From: Candidatus Kerfeldbacteria bacterium
GTDB taxonomy: Bacteria; Patescibacteriota; Patescibacteriia; SBBC01; CAIJZX01
Assembly: GCA_963731735.1 (NCBI GenBank)
Contig: CAVSWO010000002.1
Location: 128,529-192,528 of the forward strand
DNA: 64,000 nucleotides
Direction: 5' to 3'
Made by a program: the position numbers and the translations under genes. Positions 41,560 to 50,865 of this stretch are shown in pieces. Within the stretch, counting starts at the first letter, position 1, and each line of letters opens with the position of its first letter. The notes beneath the pieces were generated by a model. The model made no database searches. It had not been told where the DNA came from and worked only from the letters and a program-made list of their open reading frames with translations.

Positions 41560-43075
41560 GGGGTTTTACGATGATAAACTTTTGCTTATCTGAAGAAAAA
41601 TATTTACGGTCTTGGAATGGACGATTATGGACTTGGACTAGGCCAGGCCTCGTAACCGACTCGGTCAGTTTTCGGAATTCACTGTTCACCGTTTTGAGGT
41701 GGTCGGTAATATACTTCGCTAGATACTGTTCATCAACATCACCATTCTGGTGTTTCGGACCGAGCTCAACGAAAAATTCTAGATATTGATTGCTTTTCTC
41801 ATCCTCGCTTGTCTGCATAGCGAATCGTCCGGTGATTTTCCCCTGGAATTCCGGTGCGAGTAAAATGGATTTAATACTTTCCGGATATACATTGACGGCA
41901 TAGATGGTCGCTGTCAGGTTTGAACGCCCAAAGAGATAGGCAAACGGTAAACTCCATGGAGCCGAACCTATAGCCTTGTTTATCACTTCTTGACTGATAC
42001 CAGCTTTGGCCAAGTGCCCTATGATTTCGGTAATGGTGAGGAGGCCGCCCCGATCTTTGGTATTATATCGAACTAATGGTATACCACCAAGATTCGTCAG
42101 CACCAGTTCGTGGTCAACCGCTTCGATGAACTTTGTCAGAGGATTAAACTGGACGATAGACGGTAACGTATCATGACCGAAGAATTGGGTATGCAACTTC
42201 GGCTGTTTATAACAAGCACGACGCAGGTAAACACTCATTGGCGTCTCAACCCCGACGATGCCGCCCTCTGATGATCCGAGTACAGAGGTAATATCTTTGA
42301 ACTCGTGGTTTAATTGTGCATGTTTGAAAACATAATCTCGCCATGACTCGGTATGGACTTCACCACCAACGAGTACCTTCAGTTTCATTTTTGCAATGTC
42401 GATTCCTTCGGTGATAGCTAGGTCAATGATATCTTTTACGAAGGCTGGATAGCCTATGATGAAAACCTGTTCATAATACGGGGCTACATTCCGTAGGATT
42501 TTTATCGTCTCCCCAAGATCGATTCCCGGCGACATGACTGTCAGTGGGTAACCCTTGGCGGCAATAGTCTTTCCTGACGAAAGCATCATCTCGCCGGCAG
42601 TCCAGACACCCATGCCAAGGTTGTCGAGTAAGAGGGTTGAAACGTGATCAATGGCGAAATTTTTGATATACAACAGCTCTAATATTTTTGCTATGCCCAG
42701 ATCCTGATCAAGAAGTCGGGGCCAGTAGAAAGGTTTTCCTGACGATCCCGAACTTGAAGAGATAATGTTGGTTTGTGACAAATTGCCGTCCAAACACAAC
42801 TGATCCAGTGGGTACTGCATCAGGTATGACTCTTTATCGGTTAGTGGAACCTCTTGAAAAGCTTCGTAGGTAGTAATTTTTGTCGAATCGACACTGTGTT
42901 TTTTGAGAAAATCTTTATAGGCCGGTACGCGTTCCGCGACGATCTGAAAACTCTTTAGCGCAAACTCCTTACCCTTTTCATCCCACATAGCGGGAGGTGC
43001 TTTTTGGAGAGCTACTTCGTCCTTGGTGGGATCGGAAGTATAGTATGTCTGAAATAACTCAAGTGGTGTTGGCAT
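41552..43075 (-). CDS. Adenylate-forming enzyme of the PaaK / coenzyme F390 synthetase / GH3-like family
   Basis: 507 aa; AMP-binding P-loop SSSGSSGKPFYWP and family-typical size and architecture. Translationally coupled to the E1-like/sensor gene. Confidence 0.6.
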   Translation of the reverse strand: MPTPLELFQTYYTSDPTKDEVALQKAPPAMWDEKGKEFALKSFQIVAERVPAYKDFLKKHSVDSTKITTYEAFQEVPLTDKESYLMQYPLDQLCLDGNLSQTNIISSSSGSSGKPFYWPRLLDQDLGIAKILELLYIKNFAIDHVSTLLLDNLGMGVWTAGEMMLSSGKTIAAKGYPLTVMSPGIDLGETIKILRNVAPYYEQVFIIGYPAFVKDIIDLAITEGIDIAKMKLKVLVGGEVHTESWRDYVFKHAQLNHEFKDITSVLGSSEGGIVGVETPMSVYLRRACYKQPKLHTQFFGHDTLPSIVQFNPLTKFIEAVDHELVLTNLGGIPLVRYNTKDRGGLLTITEIIGHLAKAGISQEVINKAIGSAPWSLPFAYLFGRSNLTATIYAVNVYPESIKSILLAPEFQGKITGRFAMQTSEDEKSNQYLEFFVELGPKHQNGDVDEQYLAKYITDHLKTVNSEFRKLTESVTRPGLVQVHNRPFQDRKYFSSDKQKFIIVKPHA

Positions 43076-43603
43076 AAAAAGGGAAAAGATTACCCCGATA
43101 TTAAAGCCCTACGGCAAGCAAATGATAACACAAAATGAGGCTTTCGCGTAATATTACGTCATCAAACCTTGCAAGGGATCTTAAGGGTTTCGCGGTCTTT
43201 TAGAAACCAAACTTATTTGAAGTTACCTACAGTTTACCAACTAGACGCCGTCCCCCATCGCGGTACTGTCTGGACAAGTCACTGAGCAAGAAAAACGAAG
43301 TTGCTGGAAGGCGCAAAATACGCTAGAATAACGCCAGTTTGAGGCCTCGGTAGCAGTTGTTTCCTCAAACGTCCTTTCTCCAACTTCTTTGCCTAACCCA
43401 TACCCTTGTATGGCACGGCATCTAACTCCCATCCCTGGTATTGAGCTCTCCGCTCAGTGACTCAGGGATGGGTCATATCCTGAAAGGGGTATGGGTGGCC
43501 GCAAGGCTGCTAGCTGACGGAGAGCTCTGTGTTATGCAGAGATTCTCGCAAGCTACAAAATCCCATCCCACGACATGCTTTTATCTACCAATATCCTAAG
43601 CAT

Positions 43604-44122
43604 ATGAAAACCGTCTATGGTTCGCTTTTGCATAGAAAAAATATAGTGGCCATCACCTTTATTGGTGTGTCGGCTATGCTTCTCTCGGGCTGTTCCGGAT
43701 CGTCAACAACGAAGACAACTAATACCACAAACACTGGGGTGTCCGCCCCGCAGGTCAGCGCAGAAGATAGTATCAAGGAAGTCCTGAGAAGTTACAGTTC
43801 ACTTTGCGGACAACGGAAGTTCGGTGATGCATACCAATACGTCGCGTCAGCTAGTAACGTTACCCAGAAGAATTTCGTTGACGACCTAACTGGCCGTGGC
43901 CAGCTTGTAAGCGGATTTAAGGACATTTCCTATAACTACGTTCAAATACATGGCGACACCGCCGATGTTTCATACACGGTGACGTGGAGCCTGCTTACCA
44001 ATTCTGTTAGTGGGGGCGCATACAACTACGAGCGGCAGTACCAAATGGTCAAAGAAACTGGGAATTGGAAAATCCTGTGGAAGAGCGACGACGCAGTAAA
44101 TACGAATTCAACCAATCAGTAA
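43604..44122 (+). CDS. Putative lipoprotein
   Basis: ORF 43529..44122; start taken at internal Met MKTVYGSLL...; lipobox LLSGC; Ser/Thr-rich linker. Confidence 0.5.
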   Translation: MKTVYGSLLHRKNIVAITFIGVSAMLLSGCSGSSTTKTTNTTNTGVSAPQVSAEDSIKEVLRSYSSLCGQRKFGDAYQYVASASNVTQKNFVDDLTGRGQLVSGFKDISYNYVQIHGDTADVSYTVTWSLLTNSVSGGAYNYERQYQMVKETGNWKILWKSDDAVNTNSTNQ

Positions 44123-44123
44123 C

Positions 44124-44399
44124 ATGTTCAAACGCGTCCCTGTTCAGAAACTCACTGGTCAAGAAACTTTCCACCAGACGGGAGAGAAGAAGTTCAACGT
44201 GTTGGAGTTCTGGCAGTATGGTTTCTCGAACCTGAACTCAAATGTTTTGCGCGGAGCATTGGCCGAGTTCATTGTTGAGAACGCCCTCAAAGACGTAAAG
44301 GACATCAACATCAGAAACCCGTGGGGCGACTCCGATAAAAGATTGAGTTGGCGGAGAGGGAGAGATTCGAACTCTCGATACGGGTTTAACCCCGTATAA
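44124..44399 (+). other. Short ORF that runs into the tRNA-Ser(GCT) gene; likely a gene remnant at the island/tRNA junction
   Basis: 91-aa ORF whose last about 17 codons overlap the tRNA (44349-44442). The first 70 aa look protein-like (FNVLEFWQYGFSNLNSNVLRGALAEFIVENALKD) but no domain is recognised. Confidence 0.3.
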
Positions 44400-44442
44400 C
44401 AGGTTAGCAACCTGCCGCTTTCAACCGCTCAGCCACCTCTCC
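44349..44442 (-). tRNA. tRNA-Ser (anticodon GCT), type II, CCA encoded
   Basis: Minus strand GGAGAGGTGGCTGAGCGGTTGAAAGCGGCAGGTTGCTAACCTG...GAGTTCGAATCTCTCCCTCTCCGCCA; anticodon arm CAGGT-TGCTAAC-ACCTG. Confidence 0.85.
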
Positions 44443-44475
44443 CCGTTTCTGTTGACGATATGTAAAACTGACTTT

Positions 44476-44552
44476 TGGTGCGCCCGACAGGATTCGAACC
44501 TATGACCTTCAGCTCCGCAAGCTGACGCTCTATCCAACTGAGCTACGGGCGC
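44476..44552 (-). tRNA. tRNA-Arg; anticodon reads GCG as sequenced
   Basis: Minus strand GCGCCCGTAGCTCAGTTGGATAGAGCGTCAGCTTGCGGAGCTGAAGGTCATAGGTTCGAATCCTGTCGGGCGCACCA. Arg-type D-arm; anticodon arm TCAGC-TTGCGGA-GCTGA. Confidence 0.75.
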
Positions 44553-44635
44553 CAAAAACTTAGCCGGCCTATCGTACCAGAAATTGCGAGGAAAAACAAG
44601 GTCTGAAAAATAGGTGGATCTGCTACAATACCCGC

Positions 44636-46651
44636 ATGTCCTCGCTGCTCACCCCGATCGCCGCCTTGCCGCGAATGCGACCTGAAATTGCCAAGAAATT
44701 TTTGGCCCTGGGTTTAACCACCCTCCAAGACGCCTTGTGGCATTTTCCGATTCGTCATCAGGACTGGCGACAACGACTTGCGATTGCTCAACTCCAATCC
44801 GGTCAGCCAGCTACCGTACTGGCCACTATTCTGTCCATCCGGGGCCGTCGCGCCTGGCGCCGGCGTGGCATACACGTAACGGAAGCGGTGGTCACCGATG
44901 AAAGCGGGGCTCGGCTGCGGGTTGTTTGGTTTAATCAGCCCTATCTGGCCACCTGGATCAAACCGAAGCAGGCTTGGTTTTTGTCCGGAAAAATCAGTGC
45001 TAAAAACGAGCAACTCCAAATGCAAAATCCGATGTATGAACGACCGGGCGCCTCACCAACGCACGAAACATTGGTCCCGGTCTATCCGTCGACGGCCGGG
45101 TTATCACAGTGGCAGATTCGGAAAGTTATTAAACGCGCAGTCGAGTACGCCGCTCTGTTACCCGATCCGTTGGATCATGCAATCCAGGTTAAGAATTCTA
45201 TCGTCGATCGCACCACCGCCTTGAAAGAAATACATTTCCCAACCGATGAGGCGAGTGCCACCCGTGCGGTCAACCGCATGAAGTTTGAGGAGTTATTGAC
45301 CTGGCAACTGCGGTGGCGGTTGGCCGAGTCGGAACGTGAAGCGTTGCCCGGTATCCCGATGCCGTTTCAATCCGAAGCGATCCGAGAATTTATTCAACGT
45401 TTACCGTTTAAATTGACGGATGATCAACGCCTGGCCGCTTGGGAAATGTTTCAGGACATGGGAAAGCCGCGGGCCATGTCGCGTTTGCTTCAAGGTGACG
45501 TCGGAACCGGCAAAACCGTGGTGGCGGCGTTGGCGGCACTCTTGGCGATGCGGCAAGGGTGGCAGGTAGCCTGGCTGGCGCCGACCGTGGTGCTGGCCCA
45601 ACAACACGCCACTACTCTCAAGCGGTTTTTTGCCGGCACGGATTTTTCAATCCATGTCCTGGCCGGACATCAACGCGATTCGGTGGCTAGCCAGCCGGCC
45701 ATTATCGTTGGAACCCATGCCCTGTTTACTGCTCAGTTGGACTGGAGTCGATTGGGTTTGGTGGTGATTGATGAGCAGCAACGCTTTGGGGTGGCGCAGC
45801 GGCAGGTACTGCTTGATCGTCCCCAGGCGGCCGGCCTACCGGTCCCACACTTTCTAAGCTTGACGGCGACACCAATTCCGCGAACCCTGGCTTTGTTCCT
45901 GTCTGGTGAACTGGCTATTTCCAGTCTGCACAGTAGGCCTCCCGGCCGCCAACCGATCGTGACGCGGTTACTTGGTTCGAATGACCGGGACCTGGCTGAT
46001 GAGGCTATCCAGGAGACCTGTGACCGGGGTCTACAGGTCTACGTGATAACCCCGTTGATTGAAGAAAGTGATGTATTCGGCGCCACCGCGGCCACCACCG
46101 AGCACGCTCGGCTAGTAAAAAAGTTTCCGAAGCTGCATGTCGGCCTAGTTCATGGACTTTGCACGCCCGAGGAACGGGTCCAAGCGCTTCAAGACTTTCG
46201 CGAACATCGGTACGATATTTTGGTGAGTACGACTGTTATCGAAGTCGGCGTTGATGTTCCGAACGCGTCCTTAATCGTAATATTGGATGCTGAGCGATTC
46301 GGTCTGGCACAGTTACATCAACTTCGCGGGCGCGTGGGCCGCGGAGATCAGGCCAGCCAGTGCTTACTGGTGACCGAAAAAAATTCAGCCGCGGTTCGGC
46401 AGCGGTTACAACGGGTGGCTGAGACTAACGATGGCCTGGCGCTAGCCGAACTCGATTTATCATTGCGCGGCGCTGGCGACTTGTATGGCCTGCGCCAGTC
46501 CGGCTTGCCGGATTGGAAATTGGCGACCTTACAGGATCAGGAATTGATGACTCGGGCCCGCCAAACTGCCGAATCGCTGGATTCCGCAAATCGACAACGT
46601 TTACTCACCGCGCTGAGTGGTGAAACTCAGGTCAACGTGCATCGGGAGTAG
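44636..46651 (+). CDS. recG: ATP-dependent DNA helicase RecG
   Basis: 671 aa; wedge/OB N-terminal domain, helicase motif I GDVGTGKT, DExH box VIDEQQRFG, motif VI QLRGRVGRG. Confidence 0.85.
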   Translation: MSSLLTPIAALPRMRPEIAKKFLALGLTTLQDALWHFPIRHQDWRQRLAIAQLQSGQPATVLATILSIRGRRAWRRRGIHVTEAVVTDESGARLRVVWFNQPYLATWIKPKQAWFLSGKISAKNEQLQMQNPMYERPGASPTHETLVPVYPSTAGLSQWQIRKVIKRAVEYAALLPDPLDHAIQVKNSIVDRTTALKEIHFPTDEASATRAVNRMKFEELLTWQLRWRLAESEREALPGIPMPFQSEAIREFIQRLPFKLTDDQRLAAWEMFQDMGKPRAMSRLLQGDVGTGKTVVAALAALLAMRQGWQVAWLAPTVVLAQQHATTLKRFFAGTDFSIHVLAGHQRDSVASQPAIIVGTHALFTAQLDWSRLGLVVIDEQQRFGVAQRQVLLDRPQAAGLPVPHFLSLTATPIPRTLALFLSGELAISSLHSRPPGRQPIVTRLLGSNDRDLADEAIQETCDRGLQVYVITPLIEESDVFGATAATTEHARLVKKFPKLHVGLVHGLCTPEERVQALQDFREHRYDILVSTTVIEVGVDVPNASLIVILDAERFGLAQLHQLRGRVGRGDQASQCLLVTEKNSAAVRQRLQRVAETNDGLALAELDLSLRGAGDLYGLRQSGLPDWKLATLQDQELMTRARQTAESLDSANRQRLLTALSGETQVNVHRE

Positions 46652-46652
46652 C

Positions 46653-49600
46653 TCAGTTTTGCCGCGGCGCGGTCACCGGTCCCGGCGTGGGAGAAACTTT
46701 CGAGAGCGTACAAATTTTATCATAGTTTGCTTTTGTCCCGAGGACATACCCGATCCCCTGATTTTGTAATTGTTGTAATCGGGCGGCCGAGGCATCCTTG
46801 ATTTTAATGTCTTCGCCCTGACAATAGCGCGTGGCATTACCTGGTCCAAGATAATATCCAAAGGCGGTATAAATTAAATTACGGTTGACGCAGGACGTCT
46901 GGGAAATTTTGGCTAAGTACAGGGCGGCCATCCGGACTTGTGTTTCCAGGTGCGCGTCCAGCCAATCCCGGCAGCTTTTGATCAGCGTATTGGTGGCCGT
47001 ATCTACGTTGTTCGATTCCGGACACGCAGACGGCAACGAACCATTGACCTGCTTGAGGAGCGGAAGCATGGTGCCCACCACAAATTGGCCTATGCCATAG
47101 GCGGTAGTGGCCGCCCGGCCGTCGGCGCCTTTGACCTCGGTGCCGGTGGAAAGCGGATAACCATCGCTCGTTTTTTTACTTTCTTGCATAATAATTGCCT
47201 TGACCAGGAAACGGTCGACTTTGTAGTCACCTGCCGCATCATTGATCCAACGGTTAAGGCCAGACTGGCAGGCTGGACTAACTTTATTGGCGCAAGCCTG
47301 ATCCGGGTCGCCACGCAGCGTCGTTGCCGCGCAAGCCGGCCACTCGCCGACTTGTTTGGCAACTTGTACATTGAGTTCAAACAACTTCTGATCAACCGTG
47401 GCAATCGTTAAACCCTGAAATTTCGTCAATTGCGGATTGATGAGGTTCAGGAGTACCACCGACACCAAGGCCAGAATCACACCGATTATGGCATTATTGA
47501 TGATGTCGCGGGCGTCATTAATCCGTCCCGCGTTCCCGGCTGCGGTGACCCAGCGAATCCCGCCGTAGACCACCATCACGGTTGCCAAGATTCCTACCAC
47601 CCAGATGAATAAGATAAACACCGCCTGAATATATTGGGCGACTGACTCGCCGCTAATTGGTCCGCCCAGAAACCCGGGGAGCGGCACTTCCGGCACGAAT
47701 TGGACAGATTTATCAGCCGAGCTCGGGCTCGATCCGGTGCCTCCGCTGCTGGTGCGGGTGGAGCTTGAACTGGAAACAGCGCTGGCTCCGTTGGTGGTGA
47801 TCGAAATCGGCTGACTGGTAGTCTGATTACCGGCCGCGTCCTGTGCTCGAGCCGTTAATTGGTGGGTGCCGGCCGCCACCGAAGAACTGTCCCAGGATAA
47901 ACTAAAGGGCGAGACCGTACTGGCCCCGATCTGGGTGGTGTCAAGAAAATAGTCGACCCGGGTCACGCCGGTATCATCACTGGCGGCCACCGCGATACTA
48001 ATCTGGCCTTGGACGCTGGTTTGGGTGGCGGGTGAGGTAATCGTCACGCTTGGCGCTTGCGTATCGTTCGTGCAAGCCTGCGTCAGGGCCGGACGGCTGT
48101 TGTTCGTTCCGCAACCATTGGCGTCCGTACAGGTACGTGACTGCTGTCCATTCTGACAGACCGACCAGGCGCTACACTGCCAATTCTCGGTACAGGCGCT
48201 TGGCGGAGGCGGCGGCGCGGCCGCGCTTGGGTCGGCACCGATGTTGGTGCCGTTGCTACCGGCGCCGATAGCCGGCGAACCAGCCTGCAAGGACAAATCA
48301 TAAGTAGCGGCATTTACAAATAGCGGATCGCCTTCAATCGAATTGGCCTGCTCACCACTCAGAGTCTTCCAACCGGCCAACGAGGCGGCGGCGCCGAAAC
48401 TGACACTCCCGTTTCGTTTGTGGTAGAGATTATGATGGGCGGTAAATCCGGTATAGTCGTTGGTATTGTCGATGCTGTTACCGAGTGAACTGACAATATT
48501 GTTCGTCCACACCGTATTAGCGGCTCCTGAAACATCAAAGGTGACGCCGGAACCGTTAGAAGCTTGGTTGTAAAACGTATTGTGGTCATAGGTATTTTTC
48601 GGTTGGAGGTGCGAACCGGTCGGAGAGTTTGAATACAAAATATTGTTGGAAAAAACATTATTCTGGGCAATCGCTTGGATCCAGAGCGCTTTCCCATTAT
48701 CGGCAATGATCGTATTTCCGCGGAAGGTATTATTCGAAGGAAAACCCTTGAAGGCCGCTCCTTCGTTGCCAGAAACCATGGTCAAACCACCGCGTTGGTC
48801 ATTGACCGCATGATTCACGTGAATGGTATTGTTGGTGAAAGTCCCGCCCGTCCAGCCGTCACGAATCAGGAAACCAGTGGCCTGTCCGGTGGCAATCACT
48901 AGATTATTGTCAAACACATCGTTCGTGCTGCAAGCCAAATAGACGGTCAGCGGATTGTCCGTCAGCGTGTCGATGGTATTGGTAATCGTATTGCCGGTCA
49001 CCACGCGTCCCGAAGCAGGACAGGGATGCGTCGCGTCCCCATAATTATGAAAGTCAATAAAGCGACTGGCTGATCCCGTGATGGTGTTATTTTCCAGGTG
49101 GAAATTGAGCGCCTGGTTCCACCAGGCACACGTGGCGTCGTCAATACATCCCCCGTTGGTATTATCCGAGATTACCCCGCCGTTAATCGTGTTCCCGCGA
49201 ACCGTGATACTATCACCGCCGTAGTTTCCAAACTCTCCAAAGGTGGCGTTGGCAAAGGTGATGTCCGAGTTGTTATCTCCGTAGTTTCGAACCCCGTTAG
49301 AGCTGGAAAAATTGCTGATCTGAATTGTATGATACGGGCCCGATCCGTAATCGGCGACCTCGACCGCATCTCCCCCAGTGGCCGTGATGGTTTTTCCGTT
49401 GCCATCGAAGGTGACGTTGCTAGCGCGAATTGAAAAACACGTACCGGACGATGAAACGTTGTTTTCCAGCCGATAGCTCCCCGCGTTCGTTATTGTTTGA
49501 CAACCGGTGAGACTTATGACCGTTTGGGCATCGGTCAGGGATGCGAACACGGCAAGCAACGCGACCACGCCCAAACCAAATACCCAGGCCGACGTTCGCC

Positions 49601-49673
49601 AGGCAGACCGGCGTTTACCGGAGCGCAATTTTTTGGATTGTGCCGGTGTTTGCATCCACAAAATAGAGGGCAT
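46653..49673 (-). CDS. Large T4SS-associated cell-wall protein: signal peptide, right-handed beta-helix repeats, Ig-like domains, pilin-like two-helix membrane module, C-terminal lytic transglycosylase (VirB1/SLT-like)
   Basis: 1006-aa intact ORF. PbH1-type repeats (GNTI..N.I..N). SLT motifs IIMQESKKTS and AYGIGQF in the last 250 aa. Hydrophobic hairpin FILFIWVVGILATVMVVYGGIRWVTAAGN...IIGVILALVSVVLLNLI. Confidence 0.65.
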   Translation of the reverse strand: MPSILWMQTPAQSKKLRSGKRRSAWRTSAWVFGLGVVALLAVFASLTDAQTVISLTGCQTITNAGSYRLENNVSSSGTCFSIRASNVTFDGNGKTITATGGDAVEVADYGSGPYHTIQISNFSSSNGVRNYGDNNSDITFANATFGEFGNYGGDSITVRGNTINGGVISDNTNGGCIDDATCAWWNQALNFHLENNTITGSASRFIDFHNYGDATHPCPASGRVVTGNTITNTIDTLTDNPLTVYLACSTNDVFDNNLVIATGQATGFLIRDGWTGGTFTNNTIHVNHAVNDQRGGLTMVSGNEGAAFKGFPSNNTFRGNTIIADNGKALWIQAIAQNNVFSNNILYSNSPTGSHLQPKNTYDHNTFYNQASNGSGVTFDVSGAANTVWTNNIVSSLGNSIDNTNDYTGFTAHHNLYHKRNGSVSFGAAASLAGWKTLSGEQANSIEGDPLFVNAATYDLSLQAGSPAIGAGSNGTNIGADPSAAAPPPPPSACTENWQCSAWSVCQNGQQSRTCTDANGCGTNNSRPALTQACTNDTQAPSVTITSPATQTSVQGQISIAVAASDDTGVTRVDYFLDTTQIGASTVSPFSLSWDSSSVAAGTHQLTARAQDAAGNQTTSQPISITTNGASAVSSSSSTRTSSGGTGSSPSSADKSVQFVPEVPLPGFLGGPISGESVAQYIQAVFILFIWVVGILATVMVVYGGIRWVTAAGNAGRINDARDIINNAIIGVILALVSVVLLNLINPQLTKFQGLTIATVDQKLFELNVQVAKQVGEWPACAATTLRGDPDQACANKVSPACQSGLNRWINDAAGDYKVDRFLVKAIIMQESKKTSDGYPLSTGTEVKGADGRAATTAYGIGQFVVGTMLPLLKQVNGSLPSACPESNNVDTATNTLIKSCRDWLDAHLETQVRMAALYLAKISQTSCVNRNLIYTAFGYYLGPGNATRYCQGEDIKIKDASAARLQQLQNQGIGYVLGTKANYDKICTLSKVSPTPGPVTAPRQN

Positions 49674-50865
49674 CTTCGGTTGGGGTTAGGCGCAATTGGG
49701 TCGCGCTGTAGCGCTGATTGAGGTTCTGATCAACCGGCCGGGCTACAATTTCCGAGCTACCACGCAATAAATCAATTTTGTAAATATTGTCCGGAATTCC
49801 AGTCGCCAAAGACGGTTGCGGGCCCGAACCCGGATCAAGGTAATACGGCACAGCACAAAAGACATCCACGCCGCTGGCTGAAAAGACGCATTTGTCGGCC
49901 GTAGTGTTTAGCCCCAAATCCACCAGTCCGCTGCCGATTGATTCCGGTGAAGCATTCATGATGTATAAATGCGGGATTTCATCGGTGGTCGGACCGTAGG
50001 CGCTATACAGCAGCTTGCGTCCGTCCGGTGACCACTTTGGATCAAAGCCCCGACCCTGGATCGTGGCGGACGGAAAGTTTTCGCCGTTCGCCCCTAAAAA
50101 GATGATTTCAGATAATTGATCGCTGGTACTTTTTTCATAGGTTGCAATTATCTGGTTATTCGGTGACCACAGCGGCGTAACTTTATCCGCGTTCGATCCC
50201 AAGTGTTCGACCGCCTGCGATTGTGATCCATCAGGTTTCGAAACCATCAGCCACTGATCATCGGTGTTGCCCGGATTTAAATACTTTGAGACCACCTGAT
50301 CAGACTGCGCGGAAAACGAAAAGTCGTTTAATTCATTCGGGAGCGTGGTTTGTTTATCCTGCGTGAAATCATAGAGAATTTTCGCGCCGTCCGGAAAACT
50401 GATTATGGCCTGGCTGCCATCAGCCGACCAATCGACGTTTTGAACATCTTTATAGGTCGCGTCCGAGAGCGGCGTAGTCGTTAAGCCATCGGCGCTGAGC
50501 ATGAAGAATTTACCGCTGGTCGCGTCGTAAAACCGAAAATCATTTGAAGTAGTCGAGACCAGTTGCTCCGAGGTAGTGTCGACCACGGTCTGGCTCAAGG
50601 TCGCGCCGCCGTTCGCCACCGCGTCGGGTTGGGTTTGCCCCTGTAAGCCATTTACAATCGGCAAGGCGTTGACGTTGCTGGGCGTTTGGCCGTTGATGTT
50701 GCCATTGTTCACGTTCGGCAGTCCATTCACCACCACGCCGTTCGCGTTATTGACTGGCGTGGTCGGCGTCGAACGGAAAAAGACTAGCCAAATCACGTAG
50801 AAAATAGCTAGCACCACCACCACGAAGGCGGAAATCAACAGTATTCTACGAAGCGTGGGATTCAT
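49615..50865 (-). CDS. Membrane-anchored TolB-like beta-propeller protein
   Basis: 416 aa; N-terminal TM, Asn/Gly-rich linker, PD40-type repeats (WSPDGRKLLYSA, WSADGSQAIISF). Confidence 0.5.
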   Translation of the reverse strand: MNPTLRRILLISAFVVVVLAIFYVIWLVFFRSTPTTPVNNANGVVVNGLPNVNNGNINGQTPSNVNALPIVNGLQGQTQPDAVANGGATLSQTVVDTTSEQLVSTTSNDFRFYDATSGKFFMLSADGLTTTPLSDATYKDVQNVDWSADGSQAIISFPDGAKILYDFTQDKQTTLPNELNDFSFSAQSDQVVSKYLNPGNTDDQWLMVSKPDGSQSQAVEHLGSNADKVTPLWSPNNQIIATYEKSTSDQLSEIIFLGANGENFPSATIQGRGFDPKWSPDGRKLLYSAYGPTTDEIPHLYIMNASPESIGSGLVDLGLNTTADKCVFSASGVDVFCAVPYYLDPGSGPQPSLATGIPDNIYKIDLLRGSSEIVARPVDQNLNQRYSATQLRLTPTEDALYFVDANTGTIQKIALR

